Source of the DNA: Okamejei kenojei
Taxonomy: Eukaryota
Direction: 5' to 3'
Assembly: GCA_035221665.1 (NCBI GenBank)
Contig: CM069155.1
Location: forward strand, 4,526,001 to 4,590,000
DNA: 64,000 nucleotides
Positions 11,590 to 25,084 of this stretch are shown piece after piece (position 1 is the first letter of the stretch; each line of letters starts with the position of its first letter). The notes beneath the pieces are model-generated. The model ran no database searches, was not told the origin of the DNA, and saw only the letters and a list, made by a program, of their open reading frames with translations. The translations under genes and the position numbers were made by a program.

Positions 11590-12330
11590 ATCTGAATGGT
11601 GTCAGATTAGGAGAAGGGGAGACCTGGGCGTGCTTGTACATCAGTCACTGAAAGTAAGCATGCAGGTACAGGGGGCAGTGAAGAAAGCTAATGGCATGTT
11701 GGCCTTCATTGCCAGAGGTTTTGAGCAAGGAGGCCCTACTGCAGTTGTCCAGGGCCCTGTGAGATGGCACTGGAGTATTGTGTGCAAATTCTAGTCTTGT
11801 AATTTGTGGAAGGACATTATTGCTATTGAAGGAGTGCAGCGCAGGTTCACCAGGGTAATTCATGGGATGGCAGGACTGACGTATGATGAAAGAATGGATC
11901 GACTGGGCATTTGCAGGAATTTAGAAGGATGAGAGGGAATCTTATAGAAACATTTTAAATTCTTAGAGGATTGGACAGGGTAGATTCAGGAAAAATGTTC
12001 CCGATGTTGGGGAGTCCAGAACCAGGGGTCACAGTTTAAGAATAAGAGGTAGGCCATTTAGGACTAAGATGAGGAAAAACGTTTTCACCCAGAGGGTTGT
12101 GAATCCATAGAATTCTCTGCCACAGAAGGCAGTGGAAGCTAATTCACTCGATGTTTTCAAGAGAGAGTTAGATTAGCTCTTAGGGCTAGTGGAATCAAGG
12201 AATATGGGGAAACAGCAGGTACAGATTTTGGATGATCAGCCATGATCATATTGAATGGCGGTGCTGGCTCGGTGCAAGGGCTGAATGGCCTTCTCCTGCA
12301 CCTATTTTCTATGTTTCTATGTTCTTATGT
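11590..12330 (+). mobile_element. CR1 LINE 3' portion
   Basis: AVKKANGMLAFI, VQRRFTR and FTQRVV motifs; tail cctattttctatgtttctatg. Confidence 0.9.
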
Positions 12331-12590
12331 ATGTCTCAACCACCAACCATGGCAGGGTGTTCCAAGCACTCACCACGCACTGTGTAAAAAGGTGTCAAGC
12401 ACATCTCCTTTAAACTTTGCCCCTCTCACGTTGAAGCTACAGAATGCCTTCTAGTAATTGATTTTTGCATCCCAGGAAAAAAGGTTCTGAATGTCTAACC
12501 CACTTATGGCCTCTCATAATTTTATATACTTCTATCAGATCTCACTGCCACTTCTGACATTCCAGAGAAAGGCATTTATTACTTGCCATC

Positions 12591-12689
12591 AGTCTGAAGA
12601 AGGGTCTCAACCCGAAACATCACCCATTCCTCCTCTCCACAGATGCTGCCTGTCCCGCTGAGTTACTCCAGCATTTAGTGTCTATCTTC
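12591..12689 (+). mobile_element. Penelope terminal mini-insertion with hammerhead motif
   Basis: agtCTGAAGAagggtctcaacccGAAAcATCaccc, with an approximate TSD (ggcatttattactt / ggccttaattactt). Confidence 0.75.
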
Positions 12690-12952
12690 GGCCTTAATTA
12701 CTTTCATCTCTTCAATAAATAAATGATTAGTGATTTCACTGAGGATGTGTGTGTATTAATAAAACACAGAGTGAACAATACTGTGATATGAGGGCAAATA
12801 TTCTGTCCTGTGGTGGAACTGACTGGGCCTCTACATATCTTCTCACTTGCAGCCAAACTGTATATTCTCTCCTGTCACACCATGACGTAGCAAATGGCAT
12901 AGTCTTTAGTCCTAAACCGTCAGTGAGGCAAACTGACTAGAGGTTTACTTCT

Positions 12953-13086
12953 GTTTAAGAAAGAATTGCAGATGCTGGAAAAATCGAAGGTAGAGAAAGA
13001 AGAGTCTCGACCCGAAACGTTGCCTATTCCTTCTCTCCATAGATGCTGCCTCATCCACTGATTTTCTCCAGCATTTTTGTCCACCT
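12953..13086. mobile_element. Penelope terminal fold-back mini-insertion
   Basis: Inverted terminal piece joined to gtctcgacccgaaacgtt; approximate TSD ctRgaggttt. Confidence 0.7.
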
Positions 13087-13667
13087 CTGGAGGTTTTCAT
13101 TTAATTGGACTGCAGTAAAATATGATATTTTAAGATAAATTACTCAATGTAAATGCCTCTATATTAAACACTTGTGTTATAAGAATTATACAAGGATAAA
13201 ACCATGCTCTATTCTCTATTCTCCTGGCATGTTGAGCTTTCTTAAAGATTAGCACAATCATCAATGCATTCCAAATGACAGAATAACAATTGGGCTTTGA
13301 AAGACTATCTCTAAGATTTCTCCTTATGTTTAATACCTCCATATCATACATGGATATTATATATAAAGCAGCAGCGCAAATTCAAATTACTTTAATGCCA
13401 TATACACCAGGGTGCAATTAAATTCCTTGTTTGTATGAAGCTCATGGAGTGAACAATAAACACAACGAATACAATGACATATGCTGTCGTGCAAAGTGAA
13501 GAAGCATAAAACACATGTGCAATAAGGGAATAACCAACTGAGTAAGTGGCAGCTCTACTGGAAAGGGGGGTGAAAGCAAAGATCGGTTCATGAGCCATGG
13601 GGAAGAAGTTGCTTGGTAAGTCCAGACATCCGGGCATTTAAGTTCCTGTATCTTCTCGCAGAAGGTG

Positions 13668-13932
13668 GGTGGCATGGTAGTGCAGTGGTAGAGTTGCTGC
13701 CTTACAGCACCAGAGACCCGGGTTCGATCTTGACGATGGGTGCTGTCTGTGTGGAGTTTGCACGTTCTCCAGGTGCTCTGGTTTCCTCCCACAATGCAAC
13801 GTTGTGCAGGTTTGTTGGTTAATTGGCTTTTGTGAATTGTCCCTAGTGTTCAGGATGGAACTAGTGTATGGGCGATCATAGGACATGCTGGGACAAAGGC
13901 CCGTTTCCACACTGTCTCTCTAAACTAAACTA
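13668..13932 (+). mobile_element. HE1/V-SINE-like SINE inserted in an older minus-strand LINE (~13390-14340)
   Basis: ggcatggtagtgcagtggtagagttgctgcc...gggttcgatc, with a (taaac)n tail. Confidence 0.85.
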
Positions 13933-14809
13933 GAGGTAGAGGAGAGAAAAGAGAATGAGCAGGTTGCAGACATTCTGGATAATACCTCTAGCCTTCTGGA
14001 CACAGTGCACCGTGTAGATAGACTGGATGAAAGGAAGTGATGAGTGTCGGATGGACTGGGCTGTGTTCACTACTCTCTGCAGGTCTTGAGGCAGTTGCTA
14101 AACCAGGCTGAGATACATCCTGTCAACATACTCTTTATGGTGCATCCAGAGACCCTCAAGGAAATCCTTGTGCACACGTTGAATCTTTATGGACGCCTGA
14201 GATGTGCTTTCACGATCACCGCATCAGTTGGAAGGGACCAGGGACCAGATTGTGGTGATAGGGATGCTAAAAAACCGGAATCTGTACACTAGCTCTACCA
14301 CAGCCACGTTGATGAGGACAGGGTGGTGTTCTGATGAAGTGCACATATATATATTAATATACAGCCAAAATTAATATCTGAGATCATAACACAATTCAAT
14401 ATTTATAACCACAACCATCAATACACCATGCAAGTGTATCTGATTAATAAACCGTAGATTAATTAGTAGATCCGTTGTGTTTTCATTGGCAAAATTACAT
14501 CTTTGACTGCATTGACTAGAGTTCAAACAATTCCCTGTGCTTACAGGAGATAGACATACAATGGTTTAAAAGTACATTCACCTTTTACTATTGTTACATG
14601 CTGAGAAGCGCTATCTTCACACCTGCAATCGCCTTGACATTGATTTGGCAAGTTAAGATCACAATGGGCATCGTGACAGATAAATCAGCCCGTAATCATT
14701 CTCACCAGGAGGGAGCATTGGAAAACAATATGTACAAAGGACATTTTATCATTGAATGGAAAATGATGGACTACACAGACCTGGTTCCTGCTGCAGTCTC
14801 CTTGTGAGG

Positions 14810-15013
14810 ACAGAGGGCAGTGGAGGCCAAGTCACTGGATGGATTTAAGAGAGAGTTAGATAGAGCTCTAGGGGCTAGTGGAATCAAGGGATATGGGGAG
14901 AAGGCAGGCACGGGTTATTGATTGGGGACAATCAGCCATGATCACAATGTATGGCGGTGCTGGCTCGAAGGGCCGAATAGCCTCCTCCTGCACCTATTTT
15001 CTATGTTTCTATG
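14810..15013 (+). mobile_element. Young CR1 3' end
   Basis: Near-identical to copies at 22940, 28470, 32054, 41160 and 61745; (tttctatg)n tail. Confidence 0.9.
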
Positions 15014-15518
15014 AATTAGCCTTTGTTCTGGCAAACATCTGTGCAAAAAGAGTCCCTTGTACCTTTGGTGATTGTGTTCAGTTTGTTGCGGTGAACATTG
15101 CTAGTTTGTTTTGTAAGAATGTTAAACATCTAAAATCAACTGCGGATGCTGGAAGCTCCACAATAAAAAACAGAAAATCCTGGAAACATCCAGCAGGTCA
15201 GACCGCACATGCGGAAAGGGAACCAGGGTCTAGATTTCTGCCTCTCTTATTTTTCTCCACAATGCTGCACGACCTTGCTGAGTGTTTGGGGTGGGAGATT
15301 GCAACCTTCACGTGGTCCGCCCTGTTTGCAATCAACCTGGTGTGCACAATCAAAGAAGATCAAATAGTACAAGTTGTCCAACAACTTTAGGCTGCACGCG
15401 CCATACGCAAGCAGAAGAAGCTGAGTATTTGCAGCATTTTCTGTTTTCATTTTCTACCAGTAGTATTCTCACAAAAAAACAGTCAATGTATATATAGTAT
15501 CAGCCTCAGCTGCAATCT

Positions 15519-15700
15519 TGTGTAGGAAGGAACTGCAGATGCTGGTTTACGCCAAAGATAGCCACAAAATGCAGGAGTAAATCAGCGGGTCAGCCAGCAT
15601 TTCTGGAACGGGTGACATTTCGGGTCGAGACTCTTCTTCAGACTGAGATACCCAGAGATGCTGCCTGTCCCGTTGAGTTACTCCAGCATTTTGTTTCTAT
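15519..15700. mobile_element. Penelope terminal fold-back mini-insertion with hammerhead motif
   Basis: Minus-strand hammerhead motif at 15610-15645, inverted arms, TSD ctgcaaYct (15510-15518, 15701-15709). Confidence 0.8.
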
Positions 15701-16054
15701 CTGCAACCTCAATCCTAATTGTTTGAAGATTTATATCTGCAGGAATTGAACAAAAACAAAGTATATTTCATAGAAACATAGACATAGAAACATAGAAATT
15801 AGGTGCAGGAGTAGGCCATTCGGCCCTTCAAGCCTGCACCGCCATTCAATAGGATCATGGCTGATCATCCAACTCAGTATCCCGTACCTGCCTTCTCTCC
15901 ATACCCCTTGATCCCCTTAGGCCACAAGGGCCACATTCCTCGCGCCCTGCAAGATGTCTGGAGCAGGAAGGACACTTGTGAAGGAAGAACCTGTGCAGGT
16001 AATAAGTGGCCTCAGATGAGTTACAGAGATAGCAGGACTATTCTAACCAGTTAA

Positions 16055-17000
16055 GCTGACATCCGAGATGTCCTCATTCTTCAGGGAACAGGGATTCCCC
16101 TCCTCTATCAGAGATGAGGTCGCCCACACTTGGTCACTTCAATAACTTACAGCTCCGCCCTTGCTCCCCCTCCTCCCTGTTGCAACAGGGACAGAGCCCC
16201 CCTAGTCCTCACCTTCCACCCCATCAGCCGTCACATACAGCATATAATCCTCAGACATTTTTGCCACCTCCAACGGGATCCCACCACTAGTCACATATTC
16301 CCATCTCCACCCCTTTCCACCTTCCGCAGGGAACATTCCCTCTGCAACCCCCTGGTTAATTCATCCCTTCCCACCCAAATTACCCCCTGCCCAGGTACCT
16401 TCCGCTACAACCGCAGGAAATGCAACACCTGTCCCGATATCTGCTCCCTCGACTCTGTCGAGGGACCCCGACAGTCCTTTCAGATTAGGCAGAGGTTCAC
16501 TTGCACCTCCTCCAAACTCATCTACTGTATCTGCTAGTCCAGGTGTGGACTCCTATATATCGGCAAGACCAAGCGCAAGATCAATGATCGTTCACTCAGT
16601 CGCCTTGGCCCAAATGATCTTCTAGCTGCCGAACACTAACTCCCCCTCCCATTCCCACACTGACCATTCTGTTCTGGGCTTCCTCCATTGGCAGTGAGGC
16701 CAAATGCAAATTGGAGGAACAGCACCTCATATTATGCTTGAGCAGCTTACACCCCAGTGGCATCAATATTGATTTAACTAACTTCAAGGAACCCTTCCAG
16801 CCCCTCTCTGTCTGTTCCTCCCCAGACCTAGTCATCATACTAGTTCATCCATTTGTTCCATGTACTGTCTATATCTTTTGTTCCCCTCTCCCCAATCCTC
16901 AGTCTGCAGAAGGGTCTCGACCCGAAACGTCACCTATTCCTGCTCTCCAGAGATGCTGCCCGACCCGCTGAGTTACTCCAGCATTTTGTGCCTATCTTTA
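16055..17000 (+). mobile_element. Penelope-like element 3' portion (RT C-terminus, GIY-YIG, terminal repeat)
   Basis: RAPLVLTFHP and RQRFTCTSSKLIYCIC motifs; ends with ctgcagaagggtctcgacccgaaacgtcacc (16904-16934). Confidence 0.88.
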
Positions 17001-17256
17001 GATACAATGCACCATTGGCTTCAACATCATAAGCATCAACACTTTAGCATTGGTGTGCAAGTAGCTTTAGCAATGGTCAACTAGATCAGCATCAGCAATG
17101 TACCAACGTATGTCTGCTTTTGTTGTTATTGGAAACCGAATAAATAGCAGTAGCACACAATGCACGACACCAAGAAAAGGAAAATACACTTTAACAATCC
17201 TCTACAGTGCTGAAATTTAACCAGGCTAGTGGATACTTAATATTAGCTCATACATT

Positions 17257-17540
17257 GTTTAGTTTAATTTAGAGATACAGCACAGAAACTGGTCCCTTGG
17301 CCCACCATATCCGCGGCGACCAGCCATCCCTGCACACTAGCACAATCCTACACAATCGGGACAATTTACAATTTTACCAAGCCAATGAACTCACAAACTG
17401 TACGTCATTGGAGTGTGGGAGGAAACAAAAGATCTCGGGGAAAACCCACGCAGGTCGCGGGGAGAACGTACAAACTCCGTACAGACAGCACCCGTAGTCA
17501 GGATCGAACCCGGGTCTCTGGCGCTGTAAGGCAGCAACTC
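17257..17540 (-). mobile_element. HE1/V-SINE-like SINE
   Basis: Reverse-complement head and tail match the other copies. Confidence 0.85.
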
Positions 17541-17994
17541 AATGGTTTAATAGCTGTTCAGAGAGATTGGACTGGGATTGTCCTTGGAGCAGAAAAGATT
17601 ATACGAGTGAAATTTTAAAAAAGGTGTTCATAATCCTGAAGGGTTTTGATAGAATAAATAAGGAGAAAATGATTCCGATCTTGGAAGGAACACAGATTTA
17701 AGGTAATTGGTAAAATAAAAACATGAGGGAAATATTTTTCATACTGTCACTGTTCTGATTTGCAAAGCACTGGCTGACAAGATGGTGGTGGAATCAGTAT
17801 GGTTAATATGGAACAAGTGAAGGAAGAACCTGCAGGACAGTGGGATGAGGGACTAATTAAATAGATCGCAAGCAGTAATGCATGAATTGTCGATGTTATG
17901 GTGGCAGAGACAGAACACTCCATGACGGCAAAGGGTAGCAGATGACACTGAAAATATTAGTTGGCTGTGGAGGTCTGTATGAAGCATAGATTAA

Positions 17995-19755
17995 AGATAG
18001 GCACAAAGTGCTGGAGTAACTCAACGGGTCAGGCAGCATCTCTGGAGAAATGTCTTCTTCAGACTGGAAGTATGTGGGGGGGGGGCTGAAGAGCTGGAGG
18101 CGAGAAAAGACCAGGACCTATCTGGGCCAACCACAAATGACCACAGGCAGGGTAGGCCCATTGTTGGCCAGGGAAGGTGTGATTTCAAAAAGGATAAAAT
18201 GTGTATCTCTTTGCAAGATGCAGGGTGGGAAGAAGTGTAGTCCAGATAACTGTGGGAGTCGGTAGATTTGTAATAGATGTCCGTTGATAGTGTCTCCTGT
18301 GACGTGGTTAGAGAGATCGACAAAGGGGAGGGCGGTGTCCAAGGTACCTGCACCTTGCCAAGATGCTATCCCCTACTGTCAATTCCTCTGTCTCTGCCGC
18401 ATCGCCTCCCAAGATGAGGTAGGAAAGAAATGCAGATGCTGGTTTAAATCGAAGGTAGACACAAAATGGTGGAGTAACTCAGCGGGACAGGCAGCATCTC
18501 TGGTGAGAAGGAATGGGTGACCAGATTGACGAAAGGTCTCGACCTGAAAAGTCATCCATTCCAATTATTTTCCTGCCTGTCCCGCTGTTACTCCAGCATT
18601 TTGTGTCTACCCAAGATGAAGTGCTCCCTTCTAGGACATCCGGGATGTCCTCATTATTCAGGGATCCCTGAACGTGGGTTCCCCTCTCCAATCATAGATG
18701 AGTCCCTCACATGTGTCTCCTCCATGTCCCGTAGTTCTGCACTAACTCCCCCATCACCTAGATGCTACAACAAGGACAGCGTTCCCCTGGTCCTCATCTT
18801 TCACCCCACCAGCACCCACATTCTTTGATATTTCCGTCACCTCCAACGGGATCCCACCACTATTCACATCATCCCAACTCTGCTCCGTCCGCAACTCAAT
18901 AGCAATAGGTGCAGGAGTAGGCCATTTGGACCTTCGAGCCAGCTGATCATCCCCAATCAGTACCCCGTTCCTGCCTTCACCCCATATCCCATGACTCCAT
19001 TATCTTTAAGAGCCTTGGTCAACACGTCCCTTTTCACCCAAACCACCCCCCTCCCCAGGTGCCTTCCCCTGCAACCACCTACCCCTTTCCCTCCCTCCTC
19101 GACTCCATTCAGGACCCCCATGACCATATCAGGTGTTGCTGATGAGGGCTTTATGCATTGGCGAGACCAAACGTAGAATCGGCAACCGATCCGCTGGACA
19201 CTTATGCTCAGACTGCTGAGGCCTACGGGATCTACTGGTTGCCAACCATTTCAACTCTCAATCCCATTCCCACACTGACCTCTCTGTCCTGGGCCTCCTC
19301 TATTGCCAGAGTGAGGCTGCAGGCAAATTGGAGGAACAGCACCTCATATTTCGCTTGGGTATGAACATTGAATTCACTAACCTTAGATAACTTCTACCTA
19401 CACTCCCCTCCCTCTCCTCCCTCCTCCCTCCTTCCCTGCCCCCTTCTTCCACCCTGGTCATTTAACCAGTTCCACAGTTCACCACATTGTATCCATCTTG
19501 AGATCAGACCTTCCCTAGCCAACAATCGGCCTTCCAGGGCTCCACCTTACTTGAGGTGAGTTATGGCCGGCCCAGATAGGTCCTCCCGTTCGTCACCTCA
19601 CCACGCAACCCGTACTTTCAGTCAGAAGAAGGGTCCAGACCTGAAACGCCACCCACCCTTTTTCTCCAAAGATGCTGGCTGACCCGTTGAGTTATTCCAG
19701 CATATTGTGCCTGTCTTTGGTATAAACCAGCATCTGCAGTTCTTTGTGTCTACAG
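17995..19755. mobile_element. Penelope-like element with inverted 5' part, a nested mini-insertion (18421-18609) and a CR1 patch (~18898-19013)
   Basis: STDIYYKSTDSHSYLDYTSSHP on the minus strand and VPLVLIFHP on the plus strand. The nested unit has TSD cccaagatgaRgt. Confidence 0.85.
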
Positions 19756-20194
19756 CAACATAGACTAGGTGGCCACAACTGTCTATTTTTCTGCGGAAAA
19801 TTCAACGTAATTCTATCATTTGCAAGACAGATGCAATAAGAAAGCAGATGAGTTGTTAGCTTTGCCATAGCGCTGGTTTGTGATGGCATCTGCAGGTGAA
19901 GTTCATGTAACCCCCTTGCAAAATTAATTGCAGGAACACTTTCTGATCACTTACCCTGTGATTACCTTTTGTACTCACATTGGAGCTCAATGGTATTCTC
20001 CACTGTTTACCTAAGCACTGCAAACGAAAGAAGTCCACAGATAACCCTTGGTCTAACTTAACTTCAGCCGATTTCAGCCAGCAAAGACAATTGATGTCCC
20101 TTTAGCCTCAGTCTCCCTGATTAGAGATACGGGCACTCCCGCACTTTCTTGATTCAAAACCATCGACCCTTGTTGGAAGTACCCAAATAATTAT

Positions 20195-20398
20195 GTAGGA
20201 AGGAACTGCAGATGCAGGTTTACACCGAAGATAGACACAAAATGCTGGAGTAACTCAGCAGGACATGCAGCAACTGGATAGGAAGGAACTGCAGTCTGAA
20301 GAAGGTCTCGACCTGAAATGTCACTCATTCCTTCTATCCAGAGATGCTGCCTGTCCCGCTGGGTTACTCCAGCATTTTGTGTCCACCTGTCTATACAA
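20195..20398. mobile_element. Penelope terminal fold-back mini-insertion with hammerhead motif
   Basis: Perfect 11-bp TSD caaataattat (20184-20194, 20399-20409); ctgaagaaggtctcgacctgaaatgtc. Confidence 0.85.
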
Positions 20399-20994
20399 CA
20401 AATAATTATCAAAAATTGACAAAGGTGGACATGTTCAAATTGTATGTTATCAAAACTCACACACAAATAATGCTTACTTGGACAAACTACCAACTGGAGT
20501 GGTGGAGACGGCTAGAGAGGAAATATTAACAAATTCTTCAATATAGTAATTGATATTTTAAGCACTAATGTGAAATTTTGATGTAAGCAGCAATTTACAT
20601 TGTAATGTCAAATAAATAAATTTTCAGATAGACTTAAACGTGAAGTGCAAATAGATTTTTATTACAAAGAAAAACAAATACTTCAGAAGTTAGCTGTAAT
20701 GAAATATTCATGCCAGCGATTTTTTGCAGCAGAGAGGTCATCAAGAAGTGATGTGCTATGAAGCAGCAGTGAGAGCACAACTATAAACAAAGTATTCAGA
20801 GACCGTCACCTCAATCCAGACCTCTTAATTCCACCTCATCATTGATTCCACTTGATCTGGTGGAATACGAGGTCCTGTTTACTCACTGATGAACAAATTA
20901 AGAGGTCACGGTATTTTTCAAGAGTAGGTCCAGTGCAAGAGCCCTGCTATCTTCCCAGCACACAACAAAGCAGTCATGTACTCTTCCCAACTTA

Positions 20995-22375
20995 GAATCA
21001 TAGAATCATAGAAAATAGGTGCAGGAGTAGGCCATTCGGCCCTTCGAGCCTGCACCGCCATTCAATATGATCATGGCTGATCATCCAACTCAGTATCCAG
21101 TACCTGCCTTCTCTCCATACCCCTTGATCCCTTTAGACACAAGGGCCACATCTAACTCCCTCTTAAATATAGCCAATGAACTGGCCTCAACTACCTTCTG
21201 TGGCAGTGAATTCCACAGACTCACCACTCTCTGTGTGAAAAATGATCTTCTCATCTCGGTCCTAAAAGACTTCCCCCTTATCCTTAAACTGTGACCCCTT
21301 GTTCTGGAGTTCCCCAACATCGGGAACAATCTTCCTGCATCTAGCCTGTCCAACCCCTCATTCTCCTAAATTCCAGCAAGTACAAGCCGAGTCTATCCAG
21401 TCTTTCTTCATATGGAAGTCCTGCCATCCAAGGAATCAGTCTGGTGAACCTTCTCTGTACTCCCTCTATGGCAAGAATGTCTTTCCTCTGATTAGGAGAC
21501 CAAAACTGTATGCAATACTCCAGGTGTGGCCTCCCCAAGACCCTGTACAACTGCAGTAGAACCTCCCTGCTCTTGTACTCAAATCCTTTTGCTATGAATG
21601 TCAACATACCATTTGCTTTCTTCACAGCCTGCTGCACCTGCATGCCTACTTTCAATGACTGGTGTACCATGACACCCAGGTCTCGTTGCATCTTCCCCTT
21701 TCCTAATTGGCCACCGTTCAGATAATAGTCTACTTTCCTGTTTTTGCCACCAAAATGGATAACCTCGCATTTATCCACGTTATACTGCATCTGCCATGCA
21801 TTTGCCCACTCACCCAACCTATCCAAGTCACCTTGCAGCCTCCTAGCATCCTCCTCACAGCTAACACTGCCCCCCAGCTTCGTGTCATCCGCAAACTTGG
21901 AGATGTTGCATTCAATTCTCTCATCCAGATCATTAATATATATTGTAAATAGCTGAGGTCCCAGCACTGAGCCTTGCGGTACCCCACTAGCACTGCCTGC
22001 CATTCTCAAAATGACCCGTTTACTCCTACTCTTTGCTTCCTGTCTGCCAGCCAGTGCTCTATCCACATCAACATTGAACCCTCAATACCGTGTGCTTTAA
22101 GTTTGAATGCTAATCTCTTATGTGGGACTTTGTCGAAAGTCTTCTGAAAGTCCAGATACAATTCTTCTTCTCTCTTCTCTTCTCCACATCCACAGGTTCT
22201 CCCTTATCCACTCTACTAGTTACATCCTCGAAAAATTCTATAAGATTCGTCAGACATGATTTACCTTTCATAAATCCATGCTGACTTTGTCCAATGATTT
22301 CACCACTTTCCAAATGTGCTGCTATCCCATCTTTAATAACTGACTCTAGCAGTTTCCCCACTACCGATGTTAGAC
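20995..22375 (-). mobile_element. CR1 LINE ORF2 (RT through 3'UTR), disrupted
   Basis: SGVPQGSVLGPQLFTIYINDLD..ISKFADDTKLGG (ORF 21341-22066) and QHGFMKGKSCLTNL (22110-22490). Confidence 0.95.
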
Positions 22376-22419
22376 TTCTGCAGGTGCAGCATAGAAGACA
22401 TGCTATTAGGCTGCAGCAC

Positions 22420-22935
22420 AGCTTGTTTTGGGAACAGCTCTGCCTAATTCTGCAAGAGGCTGCAGGAATGTAGCTCAGTCCAGCACACACCCTTGTCTCC
22501 CCACTATTGACTCCATCTACACTTCACACTGCCCAATCAGTACCCCGTTCCTGCCTTTTCCCCATACCCCCTGACTCCGCTATCTTTAAGAGCCCTATCC
22601 AGCTCTCTGGATCCACCCTATCCACCTCCAGGTTCAGAAACAGCTACTTCCCCTCTGTTGTCAGACTACAAAGCTAAGACCCCCATAAACTAGGGGGCAA
22701 TTAACCGATTTTTCAAACAACCTAATTGTGGATGGACATTGGACATTTTCTCTGGAACTGCAATGCAACAATACTGTAAACTATATTCTGCACCTGGTAT
22801 TTTTCTCTTTGTACTACCCGCTGCTCTTGTCAATGGTTTGACCGTTCTCATGTATGATCTGATTGAATTGGTTAGCGCAAAAACAAAAGCTTTTCACTGC
22901 AACTGGTTGACATGACAATAATAAACTAATACCAA
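22420..22935 (+). mobile_element. Older Rex1/Babar-type LINE 3' end with an internal CR1 patch
   Basis: attgactccatctacac...tccaggttcagaaacagctacttccc...caataataaactaatacc. Confidence 0.6.
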
Positions 22936-22939
22936 TATT

Positions 22940-23125
22940 AAATCACTGGATGGTTTTAAGAGAGAGTTAGATAGAGCTCTAGGGGCTAGTGGAGTCAAGG
23001 GATATGGGGAGAAGGTAGGCACGGGTTATTGATAGGGGACGATCAGCCATGATCACAATGAATGGCGGTGCTGGCTCAAAGGGCCGAATGGCCTCCTCCT
23101 GCACCTATTTTCTATGTTTCTATGT
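22940..23125 (+). mobile_element. Young CR1 3' end
   Basis: Same family as 14810. Confidence 0.9.
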
Positions 23126-23732
23126 TAAACGCCCTCAATTCCCTGCTGTGGTTTCAGCCTATAAACCCTTATCATTAATTTAGCCAAGTTTCTGAAAGCT
23201 ACAGAACTCTTGCAACAACAAATGGGAATAAAGCTGCTGCCATTACTCACAAAACAAACATGTCCCCAAATGCCATTAGCATTTCTCTCATATCCGACCT
23301 AATGAAGCAGTGACAGGGCAATCAAAGAAAAATAGCTGGAACTGTTAAGAATGCAGCTGAACATTTCTCATGCACATGGAGTTTCTGTTACCAGTTGGTC
23401 TAAAATCAGATTAAATAAATGCAAAAATTCTGATCCTGTCTCCAGTACAAAAATCTGTAATGAATTGTCTCTAACCATCATTAATTACCTAGTCAACAAG
23501 AAAGAAGGGCCACTAAAGCATTCAAGTCAGTGAAATAGTTCCTTGAACAGTAAAAGGTGGTGCCTGGACCAATGATTTCACTGTGGAACTGCTTACCTGC
23601 GCAGCCATCTATCATAGCTATTCTGGGGAAACCTGGTATAGATTGCAAACTCTATATTATCATCCAACACACTGCTCTCTGTGTCACTCAACACAAACAC
23701 ATAGAGCTGAAAACAGGGGCATTATCAGACCA

Positions 23733-23932
23733 CATATACCAGGGATAGGCAGCATCTCTGGAGAGAAGGAATAGGTGACTTATCGGGGCGAGGCCCTTCT
23801 TCAGACTTGAGTCTCGATCTGAAGAGTCACCCATTCCTTCTCTCCACAGATGCTGCCTGTCCCGCTGAGTTACTCCAACATTTTGTGTGTGTATCTTCGA
23901 TTTAAACCAGCATCTGCAGTTCTTTCCTACAC
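23733..23932. mobile_element. Penelope terminal fold-back mini-insertion
   Basis: Perfect 12-bp TSD attatcagacca (23721-23732, 23933-23944). Confidence 0.85.
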
Positions 23933-23969
23933 ATTATCAGACCATATGGCCACTTGTTCTGCCATTCAA

Positions 23970-24362
23970 TAGGCTTCATTGTGAACAATTATGGGCACCA
24001 TATCTGAGGAAAGGTGTGCTGACTCCAGAGAGGGTCCAGAGGAGGTTTACAAGAATGATCCCAGGAATTAATAGGTTAGCCCATGAAGAGCATTTGGCGG
24101 CACTGGGCCTGTACTCGCTGGAGTTTAGAAGAATGATGGGGGACCTCGTTGAATTGTATCGAACAGTGAAAGGCCTGGACAGAGTGGGTGTGGAGAGGAT
24201 GTTTCCACTAGTGGGAGGGTCTAGGACTAGAGGTCATAGCATCAGAATTAAAGGATGTTCCTTTAGGAAGGAGATGAGGAGGAATTTCTTTACTCAGAGG
24301 GTGGTGAATGTGGAATTATTTGCCACATAAGGTTGTAGAGGCCAAGTCAGTGGATATTTTGG
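23970..24362 (+). mobile_element. CR1 LINE fragment
   Basis: LERVQRRFTRMIPG..LGLYSLEFRR..SRTRGHS..FFTQRVVN. Confidence 0.9.
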
Positions 24363-24802
24363 GACACTAACAGCTACTAGCAAAATGATGACCCTCCACC
24401 ACCAAGATCAATAAGGACAGAGGGTCTATGGGACCACCTCTACTTACAGAATCCTCTGCGTACGGTCATCATGCAGATATGTAAATATATTATGTTCCCT
24501 TTGCGTCTCAACTGTGGAACGCTCTACACAATAGCATTTGAGAGGCATGTCATCAGAAGACAATAGCTCACAACTCATTTTCAAGGGCAATAAAAGACTG
24601 GATAATAAAAACTGGCTTCGTCAGCAATTCATTGCCGTTCAGACAACGTCCCTTTTGTCCCTGGAACAACAAAGTGGTCCTTCAATCCATCGCTTTGTTA
24701 GAAAAGATCTGTGGCAATGAACTGCAAAACTTCATCAGAGAAAGAGAAATGGGTGGAGGGAGGGAAAGAGGGAGAGAGGGAGGGGGGGTGGGTGGGAGGG
24801 AA

Positions 24803-25084
24803 NNNNNNNNNNNNNNNNNNNNNNNNNNNNNNNNNNNNNNNNNNNNNNNNNNNNNNNNNNNNNNNNNNNNNNNNNNNNNNNNNNNNNNNNNNNNNNNNNN
24901 NNNNNNNNNNNNNNNNNNNNNNNNNNNNNNNNNNNNNNNNNNNNNNNNNNNNNNNNNNNNNNNNNNNNNNNNNNNNNNNNNNNNNNNNNNNNNNNNNNNN
25001 NNNNNNNNNNNNNNNNNNNNNNNNNNNNNNNNNNNNNNNNNNNNNNNNNNNNNNNNNNNNNNNNNNNNNNNNNNNNNNNNNNNN
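24803..25084. other. Assembly gap (282 N) preceded by a G/A-rich low-complexity tract
   Basis: Run of N in the sequence. Confidence 1.

Noticed and set aside
13668-13745. tRNA-like sequences with A/B boxes (also at other SINE heads)
   Set aside because: These are tRNA-derived SINE heads continuing into the SINE body, not tRNA genes.
22160-22185. Minus-strand K/R/E-rich stretch as a possible SRRM4 downstream exon
   Set aside because: A short TC-rich insert within a CR1 RT, without splice signals.
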